Shown one piece after another: positions 15,543-25,211 of a stretch of 26,717 nucleotides of DNA (positions are counted from its first letter, which is position 1; each line of letters begins with the position of its first letter). Both the position numbers and the translations under genes were made by a program. Under the pieces are notes generated by a model. It searched no databases and was not told where the DNA came from. It saw nothing but the letters and a program-made list of their open reading frames with translations. The DNA is from a virus (taxonomy: Duplodnaviria > Caudoviricetes): IMG/VR virus record IMGVR_UViG_3300047373_000106, positions 1 through 26,717 of that record, one strand, 5' to 3'.

Positions 15543-18500
15543 ATGGAAGAAATAGAAGAAGAATTACTAAGAGACCCTACAGCAACTTTAGGATTGGGAG
15601 GTTCTGATTCGACTCCTAAACAGCAAGTACAAAAAGCACCTCAAGTACAAGAGCAAGAAGAGGAAGAAGATTTTGACTTTTTAGATACTATAGGAGACAT
15701 AGCTTTAGCTCCTTTCAGGGGACTAGAGGGAACGCTTAACGGTGTTTATAATCTAGCAGACATGGCTATGTTTGATGTTCTTCCTGATTTAGATACTAGA
15801 TTTTTAGGTAGATCAAAAACCACAGCAGGTTCTTTAGTAGAAGGTATATCTCAATTCGCTTCAGGGTTTGTTCCTATCTTTGGTGCAGCTGGTAAAATAG
15901 GTGCGTTAGCTAAAGCAGGTACTGTTGCTAGAGGTGTAGCTGCTGGTGCTGTTACTGATTTTGTAGCGTTCAAAGGACAAGAAGATAGACTGTCTAATCT
16001 TATACAACAATTCCCTGAGTTACAAAATCCAGTTACTGAGTTCTTAGCACACGATGCTAATGAGTCTGAAGTAGAAGGTAGGTTGAAAAATGTACTAGAA
16101 GGTTTAATACTAGAAGGTGCTATCGGAGGTACTGTTACTTTGTTTATGAAGTCTCTTAGAGCTTTAAAGGCAGGTAAGAAAGTAAGAGATGTAGATGGAG
16201 GTAATGCTGATGAAGTTAATAAAGCTACTTCCGATTTATTAGAAGGTGGTAAAGCTTTTCAAATCAAAGGTTATCACGGCTCGCTTCAAGCTAAAGTAGT
16301 GTTTGAAGAAGGTTTTGATCCTGATAAATTAGGTTCTTTTACAGGAGCAGCTTCTGCTAAGGAAGGTTTCTTCTTTGCTCGTAAACCTAAAACTGCTAGA
16401 AAGTATTCAGGAACTAAAGGACCGACAGGTCGATTGTTTGAGAAGATAGTAGAAACTTTTGAAGGTAAAATACCTGCTGTAAAACCTATTAAAGATACTT
16501 ACTATAACTATAGAGATGCACTGCAAGACCCTCGACAAAAACAAGGACTAGAGCTTGTAGAGGAAAAGTTAGTTGAATCAGGTCTAGTAAATACTAAAGG
16601 GAAGTGGAACGATAAAGTAAAACAGGGGGATGTTGATAAATTTTTAAAATCCTTAGACGAGGTAGAAACACAAGAAGAATTTATAGGTGGAGTAGTTTCT
16701 CGCCTTAAAGAAGCGTTTAACGAAGCAGTAAAACCTGTAGCAGATAAACGAGGTGTTATAGAATCTACGCTTTCTATGAATAATCCCAAGATAGTGGATT
16801 TCAAAGGAGCTAATAGAACTTACGCTGACTATGTTAAAGCTATTAAAGAAGCCAAGAAAAAAGGACATGACGGAGTTGTTTTAAAAAATACCTTCGATCC
16901 AATGGCTGATGATATTTATGTAGTGTTTGATCCTAAACAAATAGGAATGAATAAAATTATAGATACGGCTGAATTACCTAGATTCACTGATGAATCAACA
17001 GCTATACAAAAAGAATTAGACCAAGACAAAACTAGGCTAGATGAACTGTTAAAAAAGAAAGAAGAAGGAAAGGCTACTGGAGCTGATGAGACTAGAATCT
17101 CTATGCTTGAAAACCGTATAGAAGGTAAAGAAGCTGATCTTCGTGTGTTAGGTGATGTTAGAACTGCCGATGTAAAAGATAGGGTAAGAGTAGCAGAAGA
17201 AAGAGAACTGCAAGAAAAGTTAGATTTAGTAGAAGACTCAGTCGATGATTTAGAAGAAGCAATAGAGTTAGTACCGTACAACACTTATGAAGATTTAGGT
17301 CGGATTGATCTTGCTCCTAGAGGAGCTGATAAGTTAAAAAACAGATTAATTAAAAAGTTCCCTTTGAAGGGAGCTGATTTAGAAGATGCAGCAGAAGTAG
17401 AAAAATTTATAGATGTATTAGGTAAAAGATTTTTTGGGGATGTCCATTTATCAATTACCAATAAAATAGATTCAGCAGGTTTGTATGAATGGGGAAGTAA
17501 TATTGTCAAGATTCGTCAAGATGTTGTAGAGGGAGGCGGATTAAAACGAACAGCTATACACGAATTGTGGCACAGTCTTAGTCGTTATTTACCTGAAAAA
17601 GATGTAACAGCTTTTACTAAACAATTTGAAGCAGAGCGTAAAAAATATATAGAAAGCTTTGGTGTAACTTTAGAGGAAACTGTTGATCCTTCTACATTAC
17701 GCACAAGAACAATACCTAAAGAACTAAAACTATTTCTTGAAGGGAAGCGTTCAGGTTTTAACGAAAGAAACTACAGGTTTAAAAATGTAGATGAATATTT
17801 TGCGGAGGAAATGACAGATGAATTTCTTCGCAGGTCATCGGCAGGAGAATTTGATAGAGCAGCTCTGCGTACTCCCAAGACTGTTATACAAGATATAGCT
17901 GTTATATTAAAAGATATTTTTGCATCTATTAAAGCTAAACTAGGAATAGATCAAAGAAGAAAAATATTTAATGACTTTCTAGCTGAAAGGAAACTTGTTA
18001 AAAAGCGTTCTCAATATTTTGAAGGTCCAATGAGACCTGATGGAAAACCAGGAGATGTAGCTGAACTGCCTGACTTTAAACCTAAGATAGAGACAGACCC
18101 TGAGTGGCAGCAATGGACAAACGCTGTGTTAAAAGGAGAAAGTCCTACGCTACCTAGATTAGAAGTTGTAGGTGATATTGACTCAGCTCATAAGATACTA
18201 ACAGAAAAGTACAAGAAGAATCCTGAGTTGCTTAAAAACTTAGATGAAACTCCTAATTTTCACGATGAGGATTTAAACACTCTAGTTAGAGATTTTGCTC
18301 AGAAAAGTATTAAAGATCAAAAGGAGATAGCACTAAATGCTGAAATTTTTAGAGATATACTAACAGACTCTACTGAGAAGTTAATGAAGATTGTAGATGA
18401 TTTTGATAAGACTGAAAGCATACAATCAGAAGCTGCATTAAGAAATCAATTGAGTGAGGTAGTAGAGATATACGACTACTATAGACAAATGGGTAAAGAA

Positions 18501-20771
18501 ACTGCTCTTACCTTGGCAATGCGTAGGAGTAAAAACCCTATATCTAGAAAGATAGGTTTAGAGACAAGCGAGATGAAAAACTCAGCTCTTGTTAAAGAAT
18601 TTCTAAATAACAACAGCGGAGGTATGTCTCCTAAAAAAGCTGTTAAACTTATCAAAGATGTCTACGATCCTACCAATCCTGAAAAAACTTTAAAAGGGAT
18701 GTTGAATGTAGCGAAAAAAACTCAAGGTAATAAACTATTAGATGCAACTATTGAATACTGGACTAACTCGATATTAAGTGGACCAAGAACTCAAGCTGTT
18801 AATTTTCTAGGTAACTTAATGACTCAAGTCCTTACAAGTTTAGAGATGACTGCTGGTGCTGCTCTTCAAGGTAATATGCCCCTAGCTAAAGCTGCTTTTG
18901 CTTCTGTGTTTGATGTTATCCTTTTAAAAGAAGCTCGGTCTAAAGCTATTCAAACTTTAATAACTGGTAAAGAAGTATTAGATATAGGCAGTCGAAGTTT
19001 TGAATCTAATATGCAGTCTATAGGTAAAGCTATAGATTTTAGTAAGGAAGGAAACATAGATAAAAATACTATAAACCTGTTAGGAAGTTTTATTAATTTA
19101 CCAGCTAGAGGTCTATTGAGTGGAGACGAGTTATTTAAACAACTTTCTTTTAGAAGAGCTGCTAGATTGAAAGCTACAATGGACGCTTTTAATTTAGGTC
19201 TAAAAGACTCTAAAGAAATAGCTGATTATGTAGAAGGTAAAATTGAAAAGATTGTCACTACAGGAGGACAAGTCATGTCCCAAGAATCTTTAATTAGGGA
19301 AGGGACTGCACAAGCAGATAAACTAGGATTAATAGGTAAACCTAACACTAAAAAAAGAGCTGATTACATAAAGAAATATGTAGATGATAACTTTGATGAA
19401 GAAGCAGCTGCTCTTGCTAAATACTCAATAGAAGAAGCTAGGTACTACACTTTTACTAGAGAACTAGAAGAAAAAACAATAGCTAAATTCTTACAGAACG
19501 CAACAAACAACATACCAATGTTAAAATTTGTTTTACCTTTTGTAAGAACTCCTGCAAACATTTTAAACTTTGCTTTAGAAAGAACTCCGTTTGCAGCTTC
19601 CGTAAGGCTACCAGGTACAAATAAAATAATGTCTTTTCCTGGTCTACGCTCAGAGGCTTTATCTTTGAGAGAAGGAATGAAATCAAATGACCCTTTACTT
19701 CGAGCACAGACAACAGGTAAATTGATTACATCAGTTACTACTCTAGGTTTATTTTTGGATATGGTTACTAATAACAACGCTGTCTTTCCTGTTGTTACAG
19801 GTGCTGGACCAAGAGATGACAGACAGCGTGAAATGTTAGAGCAAACAGGATGGAGACCTTACAGTATAAAAATAGGGGATACATATTATAGTTATAAACG
19901 ATTAGACCCTATTGCTACCTTACTGGGAATCTCAGCTGATATGAATGAAATGATGAAGGAAGCTGACCAGTACGATGAAGAAGGAGCGGAACTATTGTTT
20001 ATGGCAACAGCAACAGCTTTAGCTCGAAATGTTTCTAATAAATCTTTCCTTGCTGGTGTTCAAATGTGGTCAGAGGCTTTGAATGATCCTGATAGATTTG
20101 GTAAAACTTTAGGTAGAAATTACGCAGGTTCTTTTGTTCCTAATGTACTTTCTCAAATGCAAGACTATGATAAACAAGCTTTAAGAGAAGCAAGAACATG
20201 GGCAGATGCTGCGATGAAAAAACTTCCTGGAGGTAGAGATATGCTTGATCCTAAACGGAATTTATTAGGAGAAGAGAAGATAGTAGATTACGGTACTACA
20301 GGTTTTATTAATCCTGTCGCAACTTCAAAAGACAAGTCGGATATTGTATTGGAAGAATTAGCTTCTTTAAAGCATGGTTTTAGACATCCTAGCTCTAGGA
20401 TACTACAAGGTAATCTTGACTTATTGGATTATGTAAACGAGCAAGGCAGAACTGCTCACGACAGAAGATTAGATTTATTACAAACTGTCAGAGTAAGGGG
20501 AAGAACTTTAAGACAGACTTTAACTAAATTAATTCAATCTTCTAAATATCAAAAATTAGTTGGGTTCTCTGATGAAATTGGTTTACCTAGTCCTAGAGTT
20601 CAAGAAATAACTAAGGTGTTAAGAAAGTTTAAAGACTTAGCTAACAGAGAAATGTATAAAGAATTTCCAGAACTCGCTTCTCAAAAAAATAACATAACTC
20701 GTGCCTTACAACTTAATAAACAAGGTGTTAACAAACAAGAAGTGCTTGAACTTTTACAACAAACAAACTAA
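15543..20771 (+). CDS. large internal virion (ejection) protein, gp16-position, with ADP-ribosyltransferase-like and zincin metallopeptidase domains
   Basis: Synteny before tail fibre; YHGS..GFFFA..A..Y..GHDGV..YVVFDPKQI; HELWH..DEYFAE; C-terminal NSILSGPRT, PFVRTP.NI, GWRPYSIKIGD..SY.RLDP. Confidence 0.85.
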   Translation: MEEIEEELLRDPTATLGLGGSDSTPKQQVQKAPQVQEQEEEEDFDFLDTIGDIALAPFRGLEGTLNGVYNLADMAMFDVLPDLDTRFLGRSKTTAGSLVEGISQFASGFVPIFGAAGKIGALAKAGTVARGVAAGAVTDFVAFKGQEDRLSNLIQQFPELQNPVTEFLAHDANESEVEGRLKNVLEGLILEGAIGGTVTLFMKSLRALKAGKKVRDVDGGNADEVNKATSDLLEGGKAFQIKGYHGSLQAKVVFEEGFDPDKLGSFTGAASAKEGFFFARKPKTARKYSGTKGPTGRLFEKIVETFEGKIPAVKPIKDTYYNYRDALQDPRQKQGLELVEEKLVESGLVNTKGKWNDKVKQGDVDKFLKSLDEVETQEEFIGGVVSRLKEAFNEAVKPVADKRGVIESTLSMNNPKIVDFKGANRTYADYVKAIKEAKKKGHDGVVLKNTFDPMADDIYVVFDPKQIGMNKIIDTAELPRFTDESTAIQKELDQDKTRLDELLKKKEEGKATGADETRISMLENRIEGKEADLRVLGDVRTADVKDRVRVAEERELQEKLDLVEDSVDDLEEAIELVPYNTYEDLGRIDLAPRGADKLKNRLIKKFPLKGADLEDAAEVEKFIDVLGKRFFGDVHLSITNKIDSAGLYEWGSNIVKIRQDVVEGGGLKRTAIHELWHSLSRYLPEKDVTAFTKQFEAERKKYIESFGVTLEETVDPSTLRTRTIPKELKLFLEGKRSGFNERNYRFKNVDEYFAEEMTDEFLRRSSAGEFDRAALRTPKTVIQDIAVILKDIFASIKAKLGIDQRRKIFNDFLAERKLVKKRSQYFEGPMRPDGKPGDVAELPDFKPKIETDPEWQQWTNAVLKGESPTLPRLEVVGDIDSAHKILTEKYKKNPELLKNLDETPNFHDEDLNTLVRDFAQKSIKDQKEIALNAEIFRDILTDSTEKLMKIVDDFDKTESIQSEAALRNQLSEVVEIYDYYRQMGKETALTLAMRRSKNPISRKIGLETSEMKNSALVKEFLNNNSGGMSPKKAVKLIKDVYDPTNPEKTLKGMLNVAKKTQGNKLLDATIEYWTNSILSGPRTQAVNFLGNLMTQVLTSLEMTAGAALQGNMPLAKAAFASVFDVILLKEARSKAIQTLITGKEVLDIGSRSFESNMQSIGKAIDFSKEGNIDKNTINLLGSFINLPARGLLSGDELFKQLSFRRAARLKATMDAFNLGLKDSKEIADYVEGKIEKIVTTGGQVMSQESLIREGTAQADKLGLIGKPNTKKRADYIKKYVDDNFDEEAAALAKYSIEEARYYTFTRELEEKTIAKFLQNATNNIPMLKFVLPFVRTPANILNFALERTPFAASVRLPGTNKIMSFPGLRSEALSLREGMKSNDPLLRAQTTGKLITSVTTLGLFLDMVTNNNAVFPVVTGAGPRDDRQREMLEQTGWRPYSIKIGDTYYSYKRLDPIATLLGISADMNEMMKEADQYDEEGAELLFMATATALARNVSNKSFLAGVQMWSEALNDPDRFGKTLGRNYAGSFVPNVLSQMQDYDKQALREARTWADAAMKKLPGGRDMLDPKRNLLGEEKIVDYGTTGFINPVATSKDKSDIVLEELASLKHGFRHPSSRILQGNLDLLDYVNEQGRTAHDRRLDLLQTVRVRGRTLRQTLTKLIQSSKYQKLVGFSDEIGLPSPRVQEITKVLRKFKDLANREMYKEFPELASQKNNITRALQLNKQGVNKQEVLELLQQTN

Positions 20772-20783
20772 TAATATATTAAC

Positions 20784-22253
20784 ATGGCTAATACATTCGT
20801 AGATTACACAGGTGCTGACGGAACAGGTACTGACAACAAAGATTTCGCTTTTTCATTTCCTTATCTTGATGACTCTCACATTGTTGTACAAGTAGATCAA
20901 GCGAGTGTACCAGGTGGTGCTTTTGTTACTAAAGCTTTAACCACAGACTATACAATAGTAACCTCTCCTTCTAAGCTTATCAGGTTTGTATCTGCACCTG
21001 CTTCAGCTGACAGGATAAGAATTAAAAGAGACAGTGCATCTAATACTGCTCTAGTAGACTTTGAAAACGGTAGTGTACTTACTGAAGTAGAACTAGACCG
21101 TGCTTACTTACACAACTTATATCTTAACGAAGAGATAGAAGAAGGTAGCGGTAAGAATGTAATGACTAAGAACAGTGCAGGTAACTTTGAAGCTGACTTA
21201 GCTAAGATAGTTGATGTAGCTGATCCTACTCTTGCACAGGATGCTGCCACTAAGAACTATGTGGACACACAAGATGCTCTACAAGTTACCAAGACTGGGG
21301 ACTCTATGACTGGTGCGTTAGCAATGGGGAACAATAAGATCACAGGTCTAGCTACTCCCACAGCAACAACTGATGCATCTAACAAATCGTATGTTGATGC
21401 TGAGATAGCTACTACTCTAGCTACAGGTGTTGCAGGTGGTCCAATAGGAACTGCTAACATTGCTGATGATGCAGTTACTGCTGATAAGCTTGCACACACT
21501 GCTGTTACTCCTGGTTCTTACACTAACACTAATATAACAGTAGACCAACAAGGAAGAATTACTGCTGCTGCTACAGGTAGTGCAGGGTCAGGTAGTACTA
21601 ATCTTTCCGTCACAGCTGACGGTACTTCTTTAACTGTAGAGAGTGACACAGGTACTAATGCTTCTATCCCTGCTGCTACCACAAGTGCTTGGGGAGCGAT
21701 GACAGATGAAGATAAGACAGCTCTAGCAGCTAACACAGCTAAGGTATCTAACGCCACACACACAGGAGATGTTACAGGTGATACTGCTCTTACGCTTTCA
21801 GACGGTGTTGTTACAGCTGCTAAGATAAGTGCTACGGATACTGAGTTAAACTATGTTAATGGTGGTGTAGGTATAGGCACTTTAAATGAAACAGGGTACG
21901 ATCTAACTGCAACAAAGGTAAAACTTAAAGGAACTGCTACTCAATTATTCTTTGAAGATACAGATGAGGCAGGTACTCCTACGGAAATTGCTATATCTCT
22001 TAACGCTAGAGCATTAAGGTTTGGTTTTCAAGATGCACCTAGTACCCAAGCGTTTGCAGTGTTTGGTAGGAATCTAACAATAGCTGGAGGTACGGTAGCT
22101 CAGATGAACGCTTTAACTTCTGATGACGGAGCATTACAAGGGCAAGTAGCTTATGTTTCTAACGGAAATGCAGGTAACCCTTGTTTAGCAATGTATGATG
22201 GTAGTGCTTGGAAAGTAATAGCAACATTAGGAGCAACTATCTCATCAACTTAA
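20784..22253 (+). CDS. tail fibre protein, T7 gp17-like N-terminal anchor
   Basis: FAFSFPYL, IRIKR, VDFENGSVLTE.ELD anchor; DPT..QDAATKNYVD / TPT..TDASNKSYVD repeats; ITVDQQGRITAA. Confidence 0.92.
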   Translation: MANTFVDYTGADGTGTDNKDFAFSFPYLDDSHIVVQVDQASVPGGAFVTKALTTDYTIVTSPSKLIRFVSAPASADRIRIKRDSASNTALVDFENGSVLTEVELDRAYLHNLYLNEEIEEGSGKNVMTKNSAGNFEADLAKIVDVADPTLAQDAATKNYVDTQDALQVTKTGDSMTGALAMGNNKITGLATPTATTDASNKSYVDAEIATTLATGVAGGPIGTANIADDAVTADKLAHTAVTPGSYTNTNITVDQQGRITAAATGSAGSGSTNLSVTADGTSLTVESDTGTNASIPAATTSAWGAMTDEDKTALAANTAKVSNATHTGDVTGDTALTLSDGVVTAAKISATDTELNYVNGGVGIGTLNETGYDLTATKVKLKGTATQLFFEDTDEAGTPTEIAISLNARALRFGFQDAPSTQAFAVFGRNLTIAGGTVAQMNALTSDDGALQGQVAYVSNGNAGNPCLAMYDGSAWKVIATLGATISST

Positions 22254-22259
22254 CACACA

Positions 22260-22511
22260 ATGACTGAAACAATATCACACTTTCTTGACACTGCACTAGC
22301 GATTATAATTGGTGTCTTTGGTTGGATAGTAAAAAAGTTTGCTGATCGATTAGATAAAGATGAAGAACGATTAACAAAGATTGAAGTAGAACTTGCTACC
22401 CAAAGAGAACGAGACACTGCTGTGGAGAATAGAATGAGTGGTCTTGAAACTACGGTTAAAGAGATTAACGGTAAACTAGATAGAATGATGGAGATGTTAA
22501 TGAGAAAATGA
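22260..22511 (+). CDS. putative holin-like membrane protein (one TM helix plus coiled coil)
   Basis: TALAIIIGVFGWIV followed by heptad-rich tail; occupies the T7 gp17.5 position. Confidence 0.5.
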   Translation: MTETISHFLDTALAIIIGVFGWIVKKFADRLDKDEERLTKIEVELATQRERDTAVENRMSGLETTVKEINGKLDRMMEMLMRK

Positions 22512-22633
22512 AAAAAGGATTATACGCAAACATAAACAGAAGAAGAAAGCTAGGCATTAGCCGTAGCAAGAAGAAGTCTACTATATCACCTCAGTCATAC
22601 GCTAATATGAAGCGTGGGTTTAAAAAGAAGTAA
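22508..22633 (+). CDS. 41-aa highly basic peptide (GLYANI motif; not in ORF track)
   Basis: ATGA-coupled; MKKGLYANINRRRKLGISRSKKKSTISPQSYANMKRGFKKK*. Confidence 0.7.
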   Translation: MKKGLYANINRRRKLGISRSKKKSTISPQSYANMKRGFKKK

Positions 22634-22634
22634 G

Positions 22635-22877
22635 ATGGCTAGGAGTGTATCACTATCCCTAGGTAGAGGTGAGAAGAGTCGTAAAGGTGGTCTCACTGCA
22701 AAGGGAAGAGCTAAGTATAACAGAGCTACAGGTTCTAACTTAAAAGCCCCTCAACCTGGTGGTGGTCCTAGAAAGCGTAGCTTCTGTGCTCGTATGAGTG
22801 GTAACAAAGGACCAATGAAAGATAGTAAAGGTAGACCCACTAGAAAAGCTTTAGCTCTTAGAAGGTGGAAGTGTTAA
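22635..22877 (+). CDS. small highly basic protein (DUF6321-like)
   Basis: GGLTAKGRAKYN..TGSNLKAP..RKRSFCARM.G..ALRRWKC; ATG 22635 follows the upstream stop by 1 nt. Confidence 0.75.
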   Translation: MARSVSLSLGRGEKSRKGGLTAKGRAKYNRATGSNLKAPQPGGGPRKRSFCARMSGNKGPMKDSKGRPTRKALALRRWKC

Positions 22878-22890
22878 CAATATTAATAAT

Positions 22891-23133
22891 ATGATGAAGA
22901 CATTTGAAGAACTAGGTAACTTACAAGGATACATAGCAGATACATACCGTGCTGCAATCGATCAAATGCACGAGACTGGTGAATACAATCCATCCCTACT
23001 GAACGGTGCTAGACAACTTCTAAAGGATAACGAGATAGTTCTTACAGCAGGTAAAGACACTCCCATCAATGACTTGTTAAATGTTGTACTACCTTTTGAA
23101 GAAGACCAAGAGCTAAAAGCTAAAGTTAAGTAA
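22891..23133 (+). CDS. terS: terminase small subunit, T7 gp18-like
   Basis: SLLNGARQLLKDNEI..LPF pattern; directly upstream of the large subunit. Confidence 0.75.
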   Translation: MMKTFEELGNLQGYIADTYRAAIDQMHETGEYNPSLLNGARQLLKDNEIVLTAGKDTPINDLLNVVLPFEEDQELKAKVK

Positions 23134-23165
23134 TATAACAACACCTAAGAGAGACACATAGAGTT

Positions 23166-24848
23166 GTGAGTAAATCGAAGATTCATCAACTCAAGGACTT
23201 CCGTAACTTCTTATACCTAGTTTGGAAGCACTTGAATCTACCTGATCCTACACCATTACAGTACGACATTGCAGACTTCATGCAAGACGGTCCTAAACGA
23301 TCTGTTATCATGGCGTTCCGTGGAGTAGGTAAGTCCTGGATATGCTCTGCCTATGCTGTACATCAACTACTCCTAGACCCAACAAAGAACATACTTGTTG
23401 TCTCTGCTTCTAAGAACCGTGCAGATGACTTCTCTACCTTCACATTAAAGATCATCCACGACATTCCTGTTCTTCAAGACTTAATACCTAAGAACGATCA
23501 ACGGTTCTCTAAGATAGCTTTTGATGTAGGACCTGCTCCTGCCGCTCACGCTCCCTCTGTTAAGTCACTAGGTATATCCTCTCAGCTAACAGGTTCTCGT
23601 GCAGATATAATCATTGCTGACGACATAGAAGTACCTAACAACTCTGCCACTCAAGGTATGAGAGATAAGCTAGATGAACAAGTAAAAGAGTTTGAAGCTA
23701 TCATTAAACCACTAGATACATCCAGAATACTATTCCTTGGTACTCCACAGTGTGAAGACAGTATCTATAATAAGCTCCGAGAAAGGGGCTACAACGCTCG
23801 TATATGGACCTCTGAATACCCAGGTAAGGATTTAGTAGTAAAGAACTATGACAACGACATAGCACCCTTTATAACGGAAAGGATAACAGATGAGTCAGTT
23901 GGTACTACTACAGAACCTACTAGATTCTCTGACCTTGACCTAGAAGAGCGTAAGATGTCATACGGTAGAACAGGGTATGCTTTACAGTTCATGCTCAATC
24001 CTAGGCTGTCTGACGCTGATAGATACCCACTAAAGATAAATGACCTTGTTATAACAGATATTGATACAGACCTAGCTCCTGAAAAGATCATTTGGTCCTC
24101 CGATAGAGATAACGAAAATAAAGACCTTCCTAATGTAGGACTAGGTGGGGACAGGTATCATAAACCATCTAAGACTATAGGTGATATGATTCCATATACA
24201 GGTTCTGTTATGTCCATTGACCCTAGTGGTAGAGGAAAGGATGAAACAGGGTACGCTGTTGTTAAGATGCTTAACGGTCAACTCTTTGTTCCTCAAGCTG
24301 GTGGTCTAAAAGGTGGGTACGATGAACAAACTCTTAAACTACTAGTTAACATAGCAAAGGATAACAAAGTAAATAAGATCATTGTAGAGTCTAACTTTGG
24401 TGATGGTATGTTCCAGGAACTACTTAAACCACTACTGTTTACTTTATACCCTTGTTCTGTTGAAGAAGTAAGACACAGTAAACAAAAAGAACTCAGGATC
24501 ATTGATGTACTAGAACCTGTTCTTAATCAACATAAACTTATCGTTGATCCTTCTGTAGTTCAACACGACTATAAAAGTGCTCAAAGCTATCCTATAGAAC
24601 ATCAAGCTAAGTATATGTTAATGTATCAACTCAGTAGAATAACAAAAGATAAAGGCAGTCTTATACACGATGATAGATTAGATGCTTTAAGTATAGCTGT
24701 AGCTTATTGGGTAGAACAAATGAATCAGGTAGTAGACAATAACATATCTTATAGGAAACAGGAACTACTTGATAAAGAGTTAACATCCTTTACTGATAGC
24801 TTTTATAAAAGAAGTGTTAAAGGTCCTAGAGCAATGCTTTGGTCGTAG
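23166..24848 (+). CDS. terL: terminase large subunit, T7 gp19-like
   Basis: AFRGVGKSW Walker A, QLTGSRADIIIADD.E Walker B, LGTPQ, IDPSGRGKDETG, ESNFGDGM, HDDRLDAL; GTG start. Confidence 0.97.
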   Translation: MSKSKIHQLKDFRNFLYLVWKHLNLPDPTPLQYDIADFMQDGPKRSVIMAFRGVGKSWICSAYAVHQLLLDPTKNILVVSASKNRADDFSTFTLKIIHDIPVLQDLIPKNDQRFSKIAFDVGPAPAAHAPSVKSLGISSQLTGSRADIIIADDIEVPNNSATQGMRDKLDEQVKEFEAIIKPLDTSRILFLGTPQCEDSIYNKLRERGYNARIWTSEYPGKDLVVKNYDNDIAPFITERITDESVGTTTEPTRFSDLDLEERKMSYGRTGYALQFMLNPRLSDADRYPLKINDLVITDIDTDLAPEKIIWSSDRDNENKDLPNVGLGGDRYHKPSKTIGDMIPYTGSVMSIDPSGRGKDETGYAVVKMLNGQLFVPQAGGLKGGYDEQTLKLLVNIAKDNKVNKIIVESNFGDGMFQELLKPLLFTLYPCSVEEVRHSKQKELRIIDVLEPVLNQHKLIVDPSVVQHDYKSAQSYPIEHQAKYMLMYQLSRITKDKGSLIHDDRLDALSIAVAYWVEQMNQVVDNNISYRKQELLDKELTSFTDSFYKRSVKGPRAMLWS

Positions 24849-25106
24849 CTTCGCTACTCCTTATTAACAAATCTTTATCGTAGATAATATAAGTGTTAAT
24901 ATAAGTGCTGCGATAGTTAGTACAGATACATAAATAGTTTATACAATATATAGACCGTGACCAACAACTCTATGTCAATAGACACACCTGTCCTTAAAAA
25001 TCTTTTCATATTTAAAAACATAAAGGTTATAGTCAGGGTCTATTCTTGTCGTATTTGATCTATAAAGGAGAAGAACGAAGTATCGACTTTATTAAACAGA
25101 AGTTAA

Positions 25107-25135
25107 TTGTCAAGGTCCAGGTAATAGAGTAGTAT
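25107..25135 (+). promoter_or_regulatory. possible sigma70-type promoter
   Basis: TTGTCA-17 nt-TAGTAT upstream of the 25212 ORF. Confidence 0.3.
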
Positions 25136-25173
25136 TATAACAAGCTATGTTTCTCTTACTACCTACAAATAGG

Positions 25174-25200
25174 ATTATATCACAATTTCAAAAATGTAAA
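25174..25200 (-). promoter_or_regulatory. possible leftward extended -10 sigma70 promoter
   Basis: Minus strand reads TTTACA-15 nt-TATAAT with a perfect TGnTATAAT. Confidence 0.35.
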
Positions 25201-25211
25201 GCTTTAAATTT

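Noticed and set aside
477-24502. All minus-strand ORFs in the track, plus + strand ORF 5957..6307
   Set aside because: They lie wholly within well-supported + strand genes, lack recognisable motifs and look like codon-bias shadows
24845-24857. Hairpin GTAGC-TTC-GCTAC at the terL stop as terminator
   Set aside because: Only a 5-bp stem with no real U-tract
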